In this document: positions 43,531-57,972 of the stretch, one piece after another
Numbering within the stretch: the stretch's first letter is position 1
How the letters are laid out: every line of letters begins with the position of its first letter
DNA from: Octopus vulgaris
Lineage: Eukaryota
Direction of reading: 5' to 3'
DNA length: 64,000 nucleotides
NCBI GenBank assembly: GCA_951406725.2
Contig: OX597838.1
Location: 62,001-126,000, forward strand
The notes under the pieces: generated by a model
What the model saw: the letters and a program-made list of their open reading frames with translations, nothing else
Told to the model about the DNA's origin: nothing
Database searches by the model: none
Translations under genes and position numbers: made by a program

Positions 43531-43604
43531 ATATATATATATATATATATAATGCGTGCATTATGTGGTCGGTCGGTTCAGCTGAAAATATGCACACCTA
43601 TGAA

Positions 43605-44686
43605 CCCTTTCATTACTATATTTCTGACCAAAATACACCCCTTATGTTCTTCAATTAATTTCTAACGTAATCATAAAGTTAGTCTGGTTTCATTAAACAA
43701 CTATAACTTTTTTTTTATCAATATATTAATGTGACTTTTGGATGATAATTGAATGAAATGTTCTCAACCAATTCTATACAATAATTTTTGTCACAAAGTG
43801 ACTCTAATTGCAGGTAGATACAGGTAAATTCAACAAAATATAAAATTATTAAAATTTTGTTCAAACATCGCTATAGAAAATGGGTTAGCTAATATTCAAT
43901 TGGGTATACAACAAAATTTTACGATAGAATTTGTTATTCTGGGTAACTTTCTGATACCCATAATAATATTTATGGCAAAATAGTCTTAATTTCATTTAAG
44001 ATTGTGGGAAACCACTAACTATCCTTTCTTTCGCTTTGTTTACATTTAGCGTAACGGTTCGTTTCCGCCGTAATGATTTCAAATAGTCTCATTCGAAAAA
44101 GTAAAAAGAAATAGTCTAAGGCTTTACTCATCTGGGAAAGTCGGTGGCTTGGTCCAGTTTCTTCAGAAAAATCACCGAAAGAAACAGTTTTTAAATTTTC
44201 ACTCCATTAAGGTGCCAATTCATTTTCTTTATCGCTGTCGGAGCTCTCGGATTCACGGTTTTCACTTTCGGAAAATGAAACATCAGATTCATTATCAAAT
44301 ACCACGTGCTTTTTTTTTCAGTCATAGAGTTAGATTTATCAAAGTCTTCAGTAGAAAATCCTTCGAATTCTGACTCGCTGCTTGATATGATGAAATTCGT
44401 ATCCATTTTTTGTCAGAATTACAAAGTTTGAAAACACAATAGGAAGAAATTTTGGAAAAAAATCTCCCAAAATTCACGGAATTAAAATTACACTTCGATC
44501 GTTGTACAAAACTGTAGATGAACTGTTTACGAAGTATAATCACGTGTTTTCACGAATGTAATAAAGAGATTTGCTCTGATATTCTCATTTAAATATGAAT
44601 AGGTAAATACGAGCGGGTTTGGACGATTTGGTCACATTAACCAAAATTTTTTTCGGGCGGCTTTGGGCGGTTTGGTAACGAAAGGG
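43605..44686 (-). mobile_element. Non-autonomous piggyBac-like element
   Basis: TIRs CCCTTTCATTAC and GTAACGAAAGGG, flanked by TGAA and TTAA. Acidic N-terminal remnant SSSESEFEGF on the - strand. Confidence 0.78.
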
Positions 44687-45010
44687 TTAAAAGTGCTGGC
44701 AAGTTTGCATGACAACTATTTTTTTCCTCAAATGAAAGGCGTGACCTCTAGGACAAAATTCCTCATCTTATAAAATGTGGCCCCAGTAGACCCGAATGAA
44801 ATCGGGTTATATTAACCAAAAGGTGAAAAGGGGTATAAATGGGGCTGGAAGGGGATTAAAATTTAAAGGAGCGAGTGTTTAGGAATTCTCTGTTACATCA
44901 AGCTAAAAAATTTGCGCGAGCCTTTTAATCTTCAATGTGTTGCCGTCCATGATGAAGAGGTTTTGAATGCTTGCCATGGTGAGTCTACTGTCGTGAGAAA
45001 GAATCACTTC

Positions 45011-45590
45011 AATGGCGTCTGCCACTGATATCGAAAAATGAACAGTAAGCATAATTAAATCTCAGAATGTGATTGAAACAGTAGGGATGGCCTCCCTTTG
45101 CAAATACTCTAAGGACACAGATATTGTGTCTAAAGCCAGCTAGAGACGAAGATCTCTTGGGGCTATAAAGCTACAGTAACACCCCCTCCCCAATGTGGTT
45201 AGCCATGATAAGATGGCTTCTATACTTTACATTATCGAGCGATTACTGTTTCAATCTCAATCTGAGATTTAATTATGCTTACTGTTCGTTTTTCGACATC
45301 AGTGGCAGACGCCATTAGAAAAACTTATATCTATTTGCAAAGGAGCCTTCTCTTTCATCGCTACCTGGTGGTTACCGCCCGTTGACGAAGGACAACAATC
45401 CCGAAACTAGTTCGAGCGTATCACTCAGGCTTGCGAGGAAGGGATGGCCTCCCTTTACAAATACTCCAAGGACACAGATATTGTGTCTAAAGCCAGCTAG
45501 AGACGAAGATCTCTTGGGGCTATAAAGCTACAGTAACACCCCCTCCCCAATGTGGTTAGCCATGATAAGATGGCTTCTATACGTTACATC
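45011..45590 (+). mobile_element. Rearranged PLE pseudo-LTR cluster
   Basis: Inverted pair 45011-45083 and 45244-45316; direct pair 45084-45232 and 45441-45589; degenerate hammerhead. The tail is homologous to 22387-22545 (reverse complement). Confidence 0.7.
45376..45418 (+). ncRNA. Degenerate minimal hammerhead motif
   Basis: CGCCCG-UUGACGA-AGGA(CAACAA)UCCC-GAAA-CUAG-UU-CGAGCG. The downstream tail is homologous to that of the 22553 hammerhead. Confidence 0.55.
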
Positions 45591-45718
45591 AAAATCTTTT
45601 GTTGTTTATAAATGGGAGAGAGATAGATAAAGATAGAGAGTAAGAGGAAGCGAGGGAGAGTCCGAGAGAAAAGAAAAGTAAGAGAGTGGGAAAGTGAGAG
45701 AGAAACAAAGAGGGAGAA

Positions 45719-46030
45719 TCATCATCATCATCATCGTTTAACGTCCGTTTTCCGTGCTAGCACGGGGTGGACAGTTTGACCGGGGTCTGGGAAGACAGGA
45801 GGCTGCACCAGGCTCCAGTCTGATCTGGCAGTGTTTCTACAGGTGGATGATCTTCCTAACGCCAACCACTCTGTAAATTTAGTGGGTGCTTTTTTTCGTG
45901 TAGCCGGCACAGGTGCCAGGGGGGCTCGCAGCGGCAACGATCGGTTAGTGCTTTTTACGTGCCACTGGCACAGAAGCCAGTCAAGGCGGCGCTGCAATCG
46001 GCCACGTTCGGATGGTGCTTTTTACGTGCT
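45719..46030 (-). mobile_element. RTE-associated 3' end / SINE-like repeat with (GAT)n tail
   Basis: (ATC)n followed by GTTTAACGTCCGTTTTCC..GGATG..CTTCCTAACGCCAACC. Confidence 0.6.
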
Positions 46031-46096
46031 GAAAGGAAGCAACAGAAAGTAACAACCACACTCTTACCCGCGCGTAGAGCGGGTCACCTTCAGCTA

Positions 46097-47603
<1,507 letters not shown>

Positions 47604-47604
47604 A

Positions 47605-47640
<36 letters not shown>

Positions 47641-48060
47641 TGTATGTATGTATCTCTTATTATAAAAGGCAGATTTTATCTGCCTCCCTTTGTCAGTTAT
47701 AGAAATCTACAATATAGGATTTCTTCAATTACAATTTACTTAGCATTTTTAAGAGTAGAATGCATCGGGTTTTGCCAGGTCCACTTTTTAAAATTTAAAC
47801 TCCAATTAAGCAAAATTTACAGAAAACTCACATTCTGGTGTGTATGTCAAATGCTTTTCTTAATGTGTTTTACACCACACGCACACGCACACACACAGTG
47901 TGCAAGGAATAAAATGAAAGTAATTCACCTTTTGTAGTGAGTGACTCTTTCAGTCTGCCACTTCCTCTTTACACACATAGACACGCAAATATATAAATAA
48001 AATTGTAAGATAACGTGCGTGTGTGTGAGTGTGTGTGTGCGTGTGTGTGTGTGTGTGAGG

Positions 48061-48105
<45 letters not shown>

Positions 48106-48161
48106 CGTGTGCGTGAGTGTGTGACAGGAAAGTATTTTAGGACGAATATAAGACCTATATC

Positions 48162-48600
48162 GGCGATGTTTCGCTTGTCGTAGCACAGGTTTCCGTCGAT
48201 TTCCGTAAAAAACTTATTTTTTTACATAAGTAATGAGAGCGAAAGAGACTAAGAGAAAGCGATTGTATGACGAGGGAAGTTCTTTTGAAGTTACCGTGCA
48301 TGGGACGCATTGATGTACATGTGTGTGTGTGCGTTTGATGGAGTGTGGGAGACAGACAGTATGTTGTGTAAGTGAAGTGCTTCTGTTAGTGTGTGTGAAG
48401 AGACAGAGAGAGTAATGTGTGAAAGAGAGAGATAAATGAAATTTTTTACTCGGTTTATGTGTATATGTATGTATGCATGTATGTGTGTGTGTGTGTGTGT
48501 ATGTATGTGTGTGTGTATGTATGTATGTATGGCCGATTCAGTGTTTACATTTTTTACGGAAATCGACGGAAACGTGTGCTACGACAAGCGAAACATCGCC
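48162..48600. mobile_element. MITE with ~51-bp GG-terminal TIRs and 8-bp TSD (Merlin-like)
   Basis: TIR GGCGATGTTTCGCTTGTCGTAGCACA... at both ends. TSD CCTATATC at 48154-48161 and 48601-48608. Confidence 0.85.
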
Positions 48601-48620
48601 CCTATATCCAAGTAGCAGAA

Positions 48621-49088
48621 AGATCGCCCAAAAGTGTATATAGATATTTAAATGTATTTATATATTCATCTATACACAGATGTATGTATAATGTGTGTGT
48701 ATATATTTCCATACACGTAACCATTCACTCCGCACAAAGTTTTTTAGGACGAAAATAAGATCTAAAGTTATCTCTAAGTAGCACAGAGATCGCCCAAAAG
48801 TGTATATAGATATATAAATGTATTTATATATTCATCTATGCACACATGTATGTATAACGTGTGTGTATATATTTCCATAGAGGTAACCATTCACTCCATA
48901 CAAAGTTTTTTAGCACGAAAATAAGATCTAAAGTTATCTCTAAGAAACAGAAAGATCGCCCAAAAGTGTATATAGATATTTAAATGTATTTATATATTCA
49001 TCTATACACACATGTATGTATAATGTGCGTGTATATATTTCCATAGAGGTAACCATTCAATCCATACAAAGTTTTTTAGGACGAAAAT
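48621..49088 (+). repeat. 166-bp tandem repeat (~2.8 copies) inside Helitron
   Basis: AGATCGCCCAAAAG recurs at 48621, 48787 and 48953. Confidence 0.9.
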
Positions 49089-50568
49089 ATTTATATATAA
49101 AAGAAAGGTTGTGTGTCTGTCTACTCCGATTTAGATTCCTAACTACTCCCACATTTTGCGATGCAGTTTAACCAAAACCGGGTATCTTATAGTCGTGATT
49201 CATATCGAGCCCTTCTGGGTATTAGCGCGCGTCTACGATGAGTCAATGATTTTACAAATAATTTACCATCATTTTTTTCCATTTTATGCATATTTTTTAA
49301 AATAAACGGAAGTAACTCTCAAACTTCACACCAATATGCGTGCTCATATGCGACGTAATATCACATCAGAGCATTTCCTCACACCCTCCTTGCACTTGGC
49401 GAAGGCAAAATACCAGGGGATGAAAATGGTAATATTGCCATCGATTCCATTTGTACCATTGTTAAGACGCCTTCTGATCTCAGAGATGCAGTGGTCCCAG
49501 ATCTACAAGCTAATTATCAGAATATGGATTGGATTGGCAAAAAGGCTATACTGGCCCCGAGGAATAAAACTGTTCACCATATTAATGATGAAATGCTAAA
49601 ACTCATTCCTGGGGAAGTCTATGTATATCAGTCTATCGATACAACTCCTGACCCAGAGGACGTCATCAACTATCCAATAGAGGTACTCAATTCCTTTGAG
49701 CACCCCGGACTACCACCACACTTTCTCAAACTTAAAGTTGGTGCCCCTATAATGCTCATCAGAAATTTGGTTCCCCCAAAACAATGCAATGGCACACGTT
49801 TGATCGTTAAGTCCTTATCTCCCACCGTAAGCTTATATCAATATTTGCCTGAATAATCATCATAATTCAGTGCAATCATTAACAGTACTTTCAAGCAATT
49901 CAGCCCCGAGCAACGCCGGGCAATTCTGCTAGTGTATGTATAAACCCAAAATAAGAAATCAATAACTAAGGAATCTTCTATTCAAATATATTGAGTCTTA
50001 AAATCTTCAGCTTAATGCTGTTAGAAAATGTTGGTAAATGTTCGAAAATTTACTGGAGTTTTGTTATTGTTATCATTGTGAATAGGTGCTAGTATTGTGT
50101 TCTTATTTTTGAGCCAGAAGGGTAAGTAGTGCTTATGATCCTTTGCAGAGATTCCAAGACTGTTGGGAGGCAGTGAAAAGGGTACACCTATACCAGAAAC
50201 CTATTCTTCATGTTTGCAACGTTGTAGACTCCATTAAAGTCATGCAAGGTTTCAGGTAATAGTGTTAAACCAGGTGGAATATGAAGTTACTCATCCAAGT
50301 ATTTTATGTTGAAATTTGAACACAGAACAAAAAATAAAAAGAAAAGAAACAAATACCATAAGACAACGACTTTGACGTTCGGATAGTTCCATCAACTCAC
50401 CACATTGGTTTCATAGGTTTTTTTATGGACCCGAAAGGATGAGGCGGCATAATTAGACCTTAGCAACGGGGAAACAGCGCGGGAGATTCTATCTGATGTT
50501 CTACCGACTCTGCCAATTCAGCGAACAACACACACACACACTCTCTCTCTCTCTCTCTCTCTCTCACA

Positions 50569-50624
<56 letters not shown>

Positions 50625-51167
50625 CTTTCTCTCACACACACGCACGCACACATTCACGCACAGACACGCACTCACGCCCGTATGCACACGCGCACGCACG
50701 CACATAAACACACACGCACACACACACACACACGCACATACACGCACGCACACGCACGCACTCACACACACGCGCGCGCGCGCGCACGTGAACGCGTCTG
50801 TCTAGTTATGTATTAATGTATCAGCTGTTTGTGAATAAATTTTTTAAGAACAATAACTGCTCCAAGCTTGAAATATCCTCTCTCTTTTCATCTCTAACAT
50901 AGAAGCTTCGCCTCTAATACATTTTATTCAGTTCTCATACCATTCTCGTGTCGTTTCCATCGCCTTAGCCTCCAAGTATAGTGATTCTGAGATTGCAACT
51001 TTTTTTAAATGTTACCAGATCCTGCGTGTTTAAGATCAGAAAAAATTCTAGCGTCTAACGGGAATGTGTCTCTTGTGGTCAAAAGAAAAAAAAGAACACA
51101 CTTTTTTGATGATCAAACATTGTTAGAAAAGTGGAGCTTGTTCAACAAATCCAGGCATTATCAACGA

Positions 51168-51800
<633 letters not shown>

Positions 51801-52381
51801 TCATTTGTCGCCCAGAAAATTATGAAGTGGAAAGTTTAGGCTGAACGGGATTTGAATTCAGAACTCAAAGATTCAAAACGAATACCATATGATATTTAAT
51901 TATTCAAAGATCACTGTTTTAAGTTTTCTTTGACGTGAAATGGGCAGAATCGTTGTTTGAATAATTAAAATATTCAAGGGAAATAATGCTGGATTGCATA
52001 CCTTTCAAGGGAACTAACTTTGAGGAAACTAAAAGTTTCTGACATCCATAGGAAAATTTGAATGCCGTAAAACATGATCTCTTTAATGAGACTTAGTGGA
52101 GGACACTTAGACCTCTGTGCACACAATTTGAGAATCTATATATATGTATATATATGTTGTAATCTTTTGTGCCCAATATTTTAATGAACTTGTTAAACTT
52201 TTTTATGTCCTTAACATGTTCTTGTTACCAAAGACTGTATATATGTATTGTAGCATTTTGTGACAACCAATAATTAACACAACCAAACTTTTACATGTTA
52301 CTTTTGACAATCTTTTTCTAAAGAGTGAAACCGGTAAAGTAACTATACATCTTTTAAAATTGCATTTTCAAACTTTCTTTC

Positions 52382-52425
<44 letters not shown>

Positions 52426-52454
52426 TATGTAAGTGTATACACACACACACACAC

Positions 52455-52504
<50 letters not shown>

Positions 52505-53091
52505 TCCATTTATCAATTGGACGCTAAGTATTTTTTTTTTTTTATTGAACATTATAAAGTTATGGTGAATTTGTTAATATATAGTATAATTCATACCTCA
52601 AGAGAGTTGAGAAAAACAAAGAAATCTCTAAATCATACCCATAAGAAGGTTTTAAACTATCCGAATCTCATAATCAAAAGTAACATTTCCCAAAAATTTT
52701 TTAATTAAAAAATCGTTATATCTGTTATAGTTAACCGTAAATTATACGTGCGTATGAAAATGAAATTAAATTCAAACTGAAATTTTTAAAATTCAAATTA
52801 AAATAATTCATTATATTATATCTATTTAACAATAGTACGCTTAAGTGTTTTTACAAAAAATCCGCTATCAACTTACGATGAATCTATATATATATATATA
52901 TATATATATTACACCCACCCCCCATACAATTGAGAAAAAACAAAAAAATTGCTAAAACATAACCTGTATATTATTAGAAGATTTTCGACAAATATAAATT
53001 ATCAACTATTCTTTGTTAATTACTTTTACATTAAATAATAACCGATAAATTCTATGCTAATTTTATTTGTATCTGTACGTAAGCATATATT

Positions 53092-53306
53092 CTTTTCTAC
53101 TCTGGGCGCAAGGCCCGAAATTTTGAAGGAAGGGCAGCTATTCAATTAAATCGACCCAGTACGCAACTGGTACTTAATTTATCGACCCCGAAAGGATGAA
53201 AGGCAAAGTCAACCTCGGCGGAATTTGAACTCAGAACGTAAAGACAGACGAAGTACTCCTGTGCATTTCGTCTGGCGTGCTAACGTTTCTGCCAGCTCGC
53301 CGCCTT
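53092..53306 (-). mobile_element. tRNA-derived SINE with 16-bp TSD
   Basis: Minus head GGCGGCGAGCTGGCAGAAACGTTAG, box B GAGTTCAAATTCC. TSD TACGTAAGCATATATT at 53076-53091 and 53307-53322. Confidence 0.88.
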
Positions 53307-53805
53307 TACGTAAGCATATATTAAAATAATTAGATAATAGTATTTATTTTTAATACTATTGATACTGAGGTTTGAATTTGATTACATCAAATTTGTTTGT
53401 ATATGTGTATGGAAACATTCAAACTTAAATTAAATGAATATGCATTCACTTAAATATGCATTTATGTATCAACACGCTTGAGAAATACTCAAAATATTAT
53501 TGCTGTCTGTGTGTAATCATGTTTGGGACAACATTAAATGGGCAAATAAGAAATATAATTATAATAAATATCATTATTATAAATAATTATTCATTAAACT
53601 TACAACCAAGTTAGTACTAATAATTAAAGTAATGCCCCAAAGTATTGCTAGATACTATTGCGATAGAAAACGTATATTACATGGAGACATGGGAATTTGC
53701 TATAAGGAACGCGTGTTTTACAGCATCGTTTGAGTATCAGACTCACATTGTTATATGAAAAAGAACATAAACATATACATACACGTATACAAATATACAT
53801 ACACA

Positions 53806-54201
53806 CGTGGTCTGATCAATAAGTATCTGGACTGTTGCTATAGTAACGAAGCTCAGTGAAGCCGCTTGAACTCTGCTGTGCATGCGCACTAAGTTTTAAC
53901 GTTCCAGCTCACTTCCGCTATTTACAGCAGTACTTGGAAACGTTTGAACTACTCCTACACCTGTGTGCGGCTGATACACTACTCTCCTTACACTTCCTGC
54001 AACTTTGCGTAGGCCTCTGAGCAGGTATCACCATGATAACTTTCTCTGTCATGGTCAATGCGATGATCACACGCTACACACGTTCCTTCCAAGCACTGCT
54101 GTAAATAGGGGAAGTGAGCTATAACGTTAAAACCTAGAGCGCATGCGCAGCAGAGCTCAAGGTTTTGCTCAACAGTCCGCATATTTATTGATCATACCTC
54201 G
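53806..54201 (-). mobile_element. Tc1/mariner-derived MITE
   Basis: TIRs CG(T/A)GGT(C/A)TGATCAATAA.TAT..GGACTGTTG, extended internal inverted arms, TA on the right flank. Remnant GDTCSEAYAKLQEV resembles the mariner N-terminus. Confidence 0.8.
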
Positions 54202-54334
54202 TATACATACATACATATATACATATAAACATACACATTGCATATATATACACGTGTATGTGTATATATGTATATGTATATATGTATTAGTATTATGTAG
54301 ATAGGTATATATATATGCAAGGACTAAATTTCCT

Positions 54335-54570
54335 AGCGAGTGTTCAGTGATCCAGGTCTGAACGAGCCTTCGAGGATCCTTGCTCACCCAGCTATACAAA
54401 GCTTGCAGCGTTCACTCCCGTTAATGTAGATTCCCGGCCACTCTAAGATCTTCTACTTGATATCGTAAGGGGTCCCTTCATCTTTGAGGTGTCACATGTG
54501 GCTGGCCAGCGATGTGACGAACTGTCTTTCTGGAATCCTGAAAGTGACCTGTGGTTGTATAGGTGCCAAC
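54335..54570 (-). pseudogene. Decayed PLE GIY-YIG C-terminal remnant
   Basis: Minus frame FRIPERQFVTSLASHM*HLKDEGTPYDIK*KILEWPGIYINGSERCKLCIA parallels FRDEEKKHATGLSKLVWRLK...EWSIL...CALC of the intact PLE. Confidence 0.7.
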
Positions 54571-55483
54571 TTGATAATAAAAAACAACACAAATGTTTCT
54601 TGAATTTATTCTTTATTTTTGATGATATTGTCAAAAACTACCGTAAAATTGTGTTATAAAAACTGTGGAAAATATAGATATATAATAAAAATAAAAGATT
54701 AACATTTTAAGTAGTGGATAAATGTTTGTGAAATTTCCCGAAGAAATACATACATTCAGTTGGATGAATTTCATGGTGAAGAGATGTTTATAAAAATTAT
54801 ATGACAGTTGTTCAGTTTACATTAGAGATAAACTTGTAGGAATAGGATTTTTTTTTTTTTCGAATATTTTTTGGAAAAAGTCATGGAGCTGCTCAGAGCT
54901 GTGTCATAATGTAACAGGACGCTTAAGTGGTCTACAGGATAATCTGTCAGGTTTACATGCAGAATCATAAAGAATAAATCACCTGACAAAATAAGGAATA
55001 TATTGTCATACGATACAGACCAGTGTGGTATGTAGAGAGTAAATTCAATGGGCCTGTTACAGCATGAGAGGGGTGGAATGATATGTATTGCCAAATATCT
55101 TTAATGTTAACAGAATTCATTTCTCTTCCCTGAAAACTGAAACTTGAAACTTAAGTCGAAACTTGAAATGTTTTCATTACATATTATGGCATTCATGATA
55201 ATGATAGACCATGTGTGTGTGTATGTGTGGGTGTGCGCGTGTGTGTACATATATACAAACACATACACGCACATATACATGTATTTAAACACACCCACAC
55301 ACACACACGTATAAAGCACATAATGTGACTGCCTGTGATATCGTTTGTGACCGGGTATAATTCAGTTGCAAAAGATAGGTATCATGAAAAGCCTTCATGC
55401 AGCTATATACAAGAAAAGTTTCACAAAATACAGAAAAACATGTTCAAATATAATTATTGTCATATCTAAACAACAGCTATATA

Positions 55484-55533
<50 letters not shown>

Positions 55534-56207
55534 GTGGCTATTACTACCTCGCAGGCCACGACAGACAGAAAAGATGGGCTTGAAGCCGAGAATCTGAGTT
55601 TACAGAGACAATATTTATATATCACCCGAGGAAGCACAACTAGATCTCATAATGCAGGGAAACGGTTACATAACCAAATACCTGCGACTTGGAGAACTAC
55701 GTTGCGTGGAAACAATTGTAGTGATTACAAATAAATCCCCAACTGTGAAATCTGAAGGTGGACGAGCTTTATAAGATATTCTGCAGCATTCTTAAAAGAA
55801 TATAACCTAACTATATATACATAATGCACACACACACACACACACACGTATATGTATATATATAAGCATATTATAAGTATAGTTATATATATTTTTACAT
55901 TGCCTAATATAAGTGAAAATTATTTATTGTAAACATTCACACGTACATAGATGAGTATATATTGTATCATTATATATACATAGTTTAGTAAGTAGTGGTT
56001 GGAGTTAGCGGCTGTATAAGTTCTTCTATGTCAATAACTCCAACCTATAATAACGTACTGAACCGCACGAAATCTCATTTGCCGTTGTCTAGAAATCCGA
56101 GACTTATGCTCCGTATTGAGCAAGTTTTATCATCCGCCATAAGAATTAGGATGGCAGTGAGAAAGTTTATTAATATTAGTCTTGGTATTTTCATTAATAT
56201 TGTTAAC

Positions 56208-56232
56208 GTTGTTGTCGTTGTTGTTGTTCTTC

Positions 56233-56274
<42 letters not shown>

Positions 56275-56308
56275 TTCTTCTTCTTTTTCTTCTTCTGATT
56301 ATTATTAC

Positions 56309-56387
<79 letters not shown>

Positions 56388-56396
56388 GCTGTTGTT
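56208..56396. repeat. Compound trinucleotide microsatellite (GTT/GCT/CTT/ATT) in presumed SLC6 3' UTR
   Basis: Direct inspection; begins about 30 nt after the SLC6 stop codon. Confidence 0.9.
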
Positions 56397-56427
56397 TAAA
56401 TATTCTCTCAACTATATGAAGTCAATA

Positions 56428-56598
56428 TTAAAATTTAGTGACAACTACATCATCAGGCCTTGAAGGCTTTTCGACTGCCTTTAAATAATCTGGTAGGTTT
56501 GCGTCGGATACAGAAATCGGCTGGTAGCGACCAGTTCTGTTTTCATTTAAACCAGGTCCCCAGTCATCTGTATGCCCGAAGATTTTTTTAAACGATCT
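56428..56598 (-). CDS. Terminal coding exon of an SLC6 Na+/Cl- dependent transporter (glycine/proline transporter-like)
   Basis: Strong minus-strand acceptor (ttttttcttattttctaatacag|) then RSFKKIFGHTDDWGPGLNENRTGRYQPISVSDANLPDYLKAVEKPSRPDDVVVTKF*. DWGP..L.ENRTGRY matches the C-tail signature of GlyT1/PROT-type SLC6 proteins. Ends in a PDZ-like T-K-F. Confidence 0.8.
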   Translation of the reverse strand, partial: RSFKKIFGHTDDWGPGLNENRTGRYQPISVSDANLPDYLKAVEKPSRPDDVVVTKF

Positions 56599-56654
56599 CT
56601 GTATTAGAAAATAAGAAAAAAAAATTGTGAATTAATATAAGCTGTCATGAATAC

Positions 56655-56716
<62 letters not shown>

Positions 56717-57697
56717 CGTCTTACAAACACACACACGCGCACACGCATACATACACTCAAATGCTTTCTTGCAACACTCTAAACTGACTATAAATTTAGT
56801 TACACTTGTATGTTTTATTACTTTTTAGTCGATCTTAAGTATGTGTGTTCAACGGAATGTAGATCATTGAATAGTAGGCTCCGTTGGAAGCGAATTAGTT
56901 GTTATTAGGTGAAGTAGTAACAGAATTACTCACAGGGAATCAAGACCGAGCACTGATTTATGGATAAATAAGCAAGTTCTGATTAGCTACTTTATTCTAT
57001 ATGTGACGATATTCTATGCCCTATTATCTAATAAAAAATCAGAATGATCCAGCTGGTAGTTGATTGTCCATTTGAACCAGCAGTCCTCTCCACATCATGA
57101 AATAAGGTCGTTGAAAACTTACAGGACGGGAAGCCAACATATTATAGTAAATCAAAGTCAATTCAAAATACTATCTAAAATCTTTTCAATGCTGTACGAG
57201 TTGTGACGTTTCGCATATTTACAGTTGTCACTAGTAATCTCTAAACAATTGTAGCAACAATATCTTAAATGACAATACATGCAACAGGTTTCTCTGATAA
57301 ATAACTGCTTACGAGTATAGATATGTCACAGAGATTATGTCATTAATATTACAGCATATACTTTAAAGTCGTAAGTGTGAACTCTGGTCAGTTGGTCAGT
57401 GAGCGTAGTATGTTAAAGTAATTGAGCTTATAGATATACCAAAGATTACACCCATACATACACACATAAATAATACACACATAAATAATACACACATATA
57501 CACTTAGATACATACATATAAACACACACACACACACACATACATACACGGAAACAAGTAATGATTGAAAAAAGATATGGTTTCAGAGAACTATATTAGA
57601 ACAAATATGTCTAGAAGATAGTATGCGTATGCGTTTATCTATGTTTGTACGTATGCGTATATGTATGAATGTACTTTTATGATTGCGTGTATGTTTG

Positions 57698-57761
<64 letters not shown>

Positions 57762-57811
57762 TGTAGGAAGAAATGGAGCTGAACGAAGACTTAACAAAAT
57801 TCCTTTTTATT

Positions 57812-57897
57812 ATTTTCTACATATGTTTCAAAGACTGCAAAGTCCCTAATTCGGATTGAATAAGGAGTCCATTTTGCAGCCTTCTCTTCAGGAAAAT
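57812..57897 (-). ncRNA. Type I hammerhead ribozyme in left (inverted) pseudo-LTR
   Basis: Minus strand: AUUUUC-CUGAAGA-GAAGGCUGCAAA...UUUGCAGUCUUU-GAAA-CAUAUG-UA-GAAAAU. Long stem II and palindromic stem III. Confidence 0.85.
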
Positions 57898-57972
57898 CCA
57901 GGAACTTAATTCTCCAACAAAATGCACATATACAGCTTCGCCAAGAAACTGCTACCTTAACCGATACCGCAA

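Larger units (their letters stand above)
47653..49932 (+). mobile_element. Helitron (internally deleted, possibly composite) with PIF1 helicase fragment
   Basis: 5' TC at 47653 and a second 5'-like end near 49090. ORF 49491-49856 AILAPRN..LKLKVGAPIMLIRNL..CNGTRL. 3' CCCGAGCAACGCCGGG..CTAG|T. Confidence 0.85.

Noticed and set aside
48621-49088. Regularly spaced repeats as a CRISPR-like array
   Set aside because: Whole 166-bp units repeat with no unique spacers, in a eukaryotic Helitron context.
54965-55130. Possible minus-strand exon (acceptor near 55130, GREMNSVNIKDIWQY...)
   Set aside because: No recognisable homology; it could be UTR or chance.
55995-56411. Poly-Asn / poly-Ile ORFs
   Set aside because: A trinucleotide microsatellite downstream of the SLC6 stop codon.
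56926-56980. Possible SLC6 penultimate exon near a GTGAGT donor
   Set aside because: Too short, and it lacks the TM12 YP.W...GW signature.
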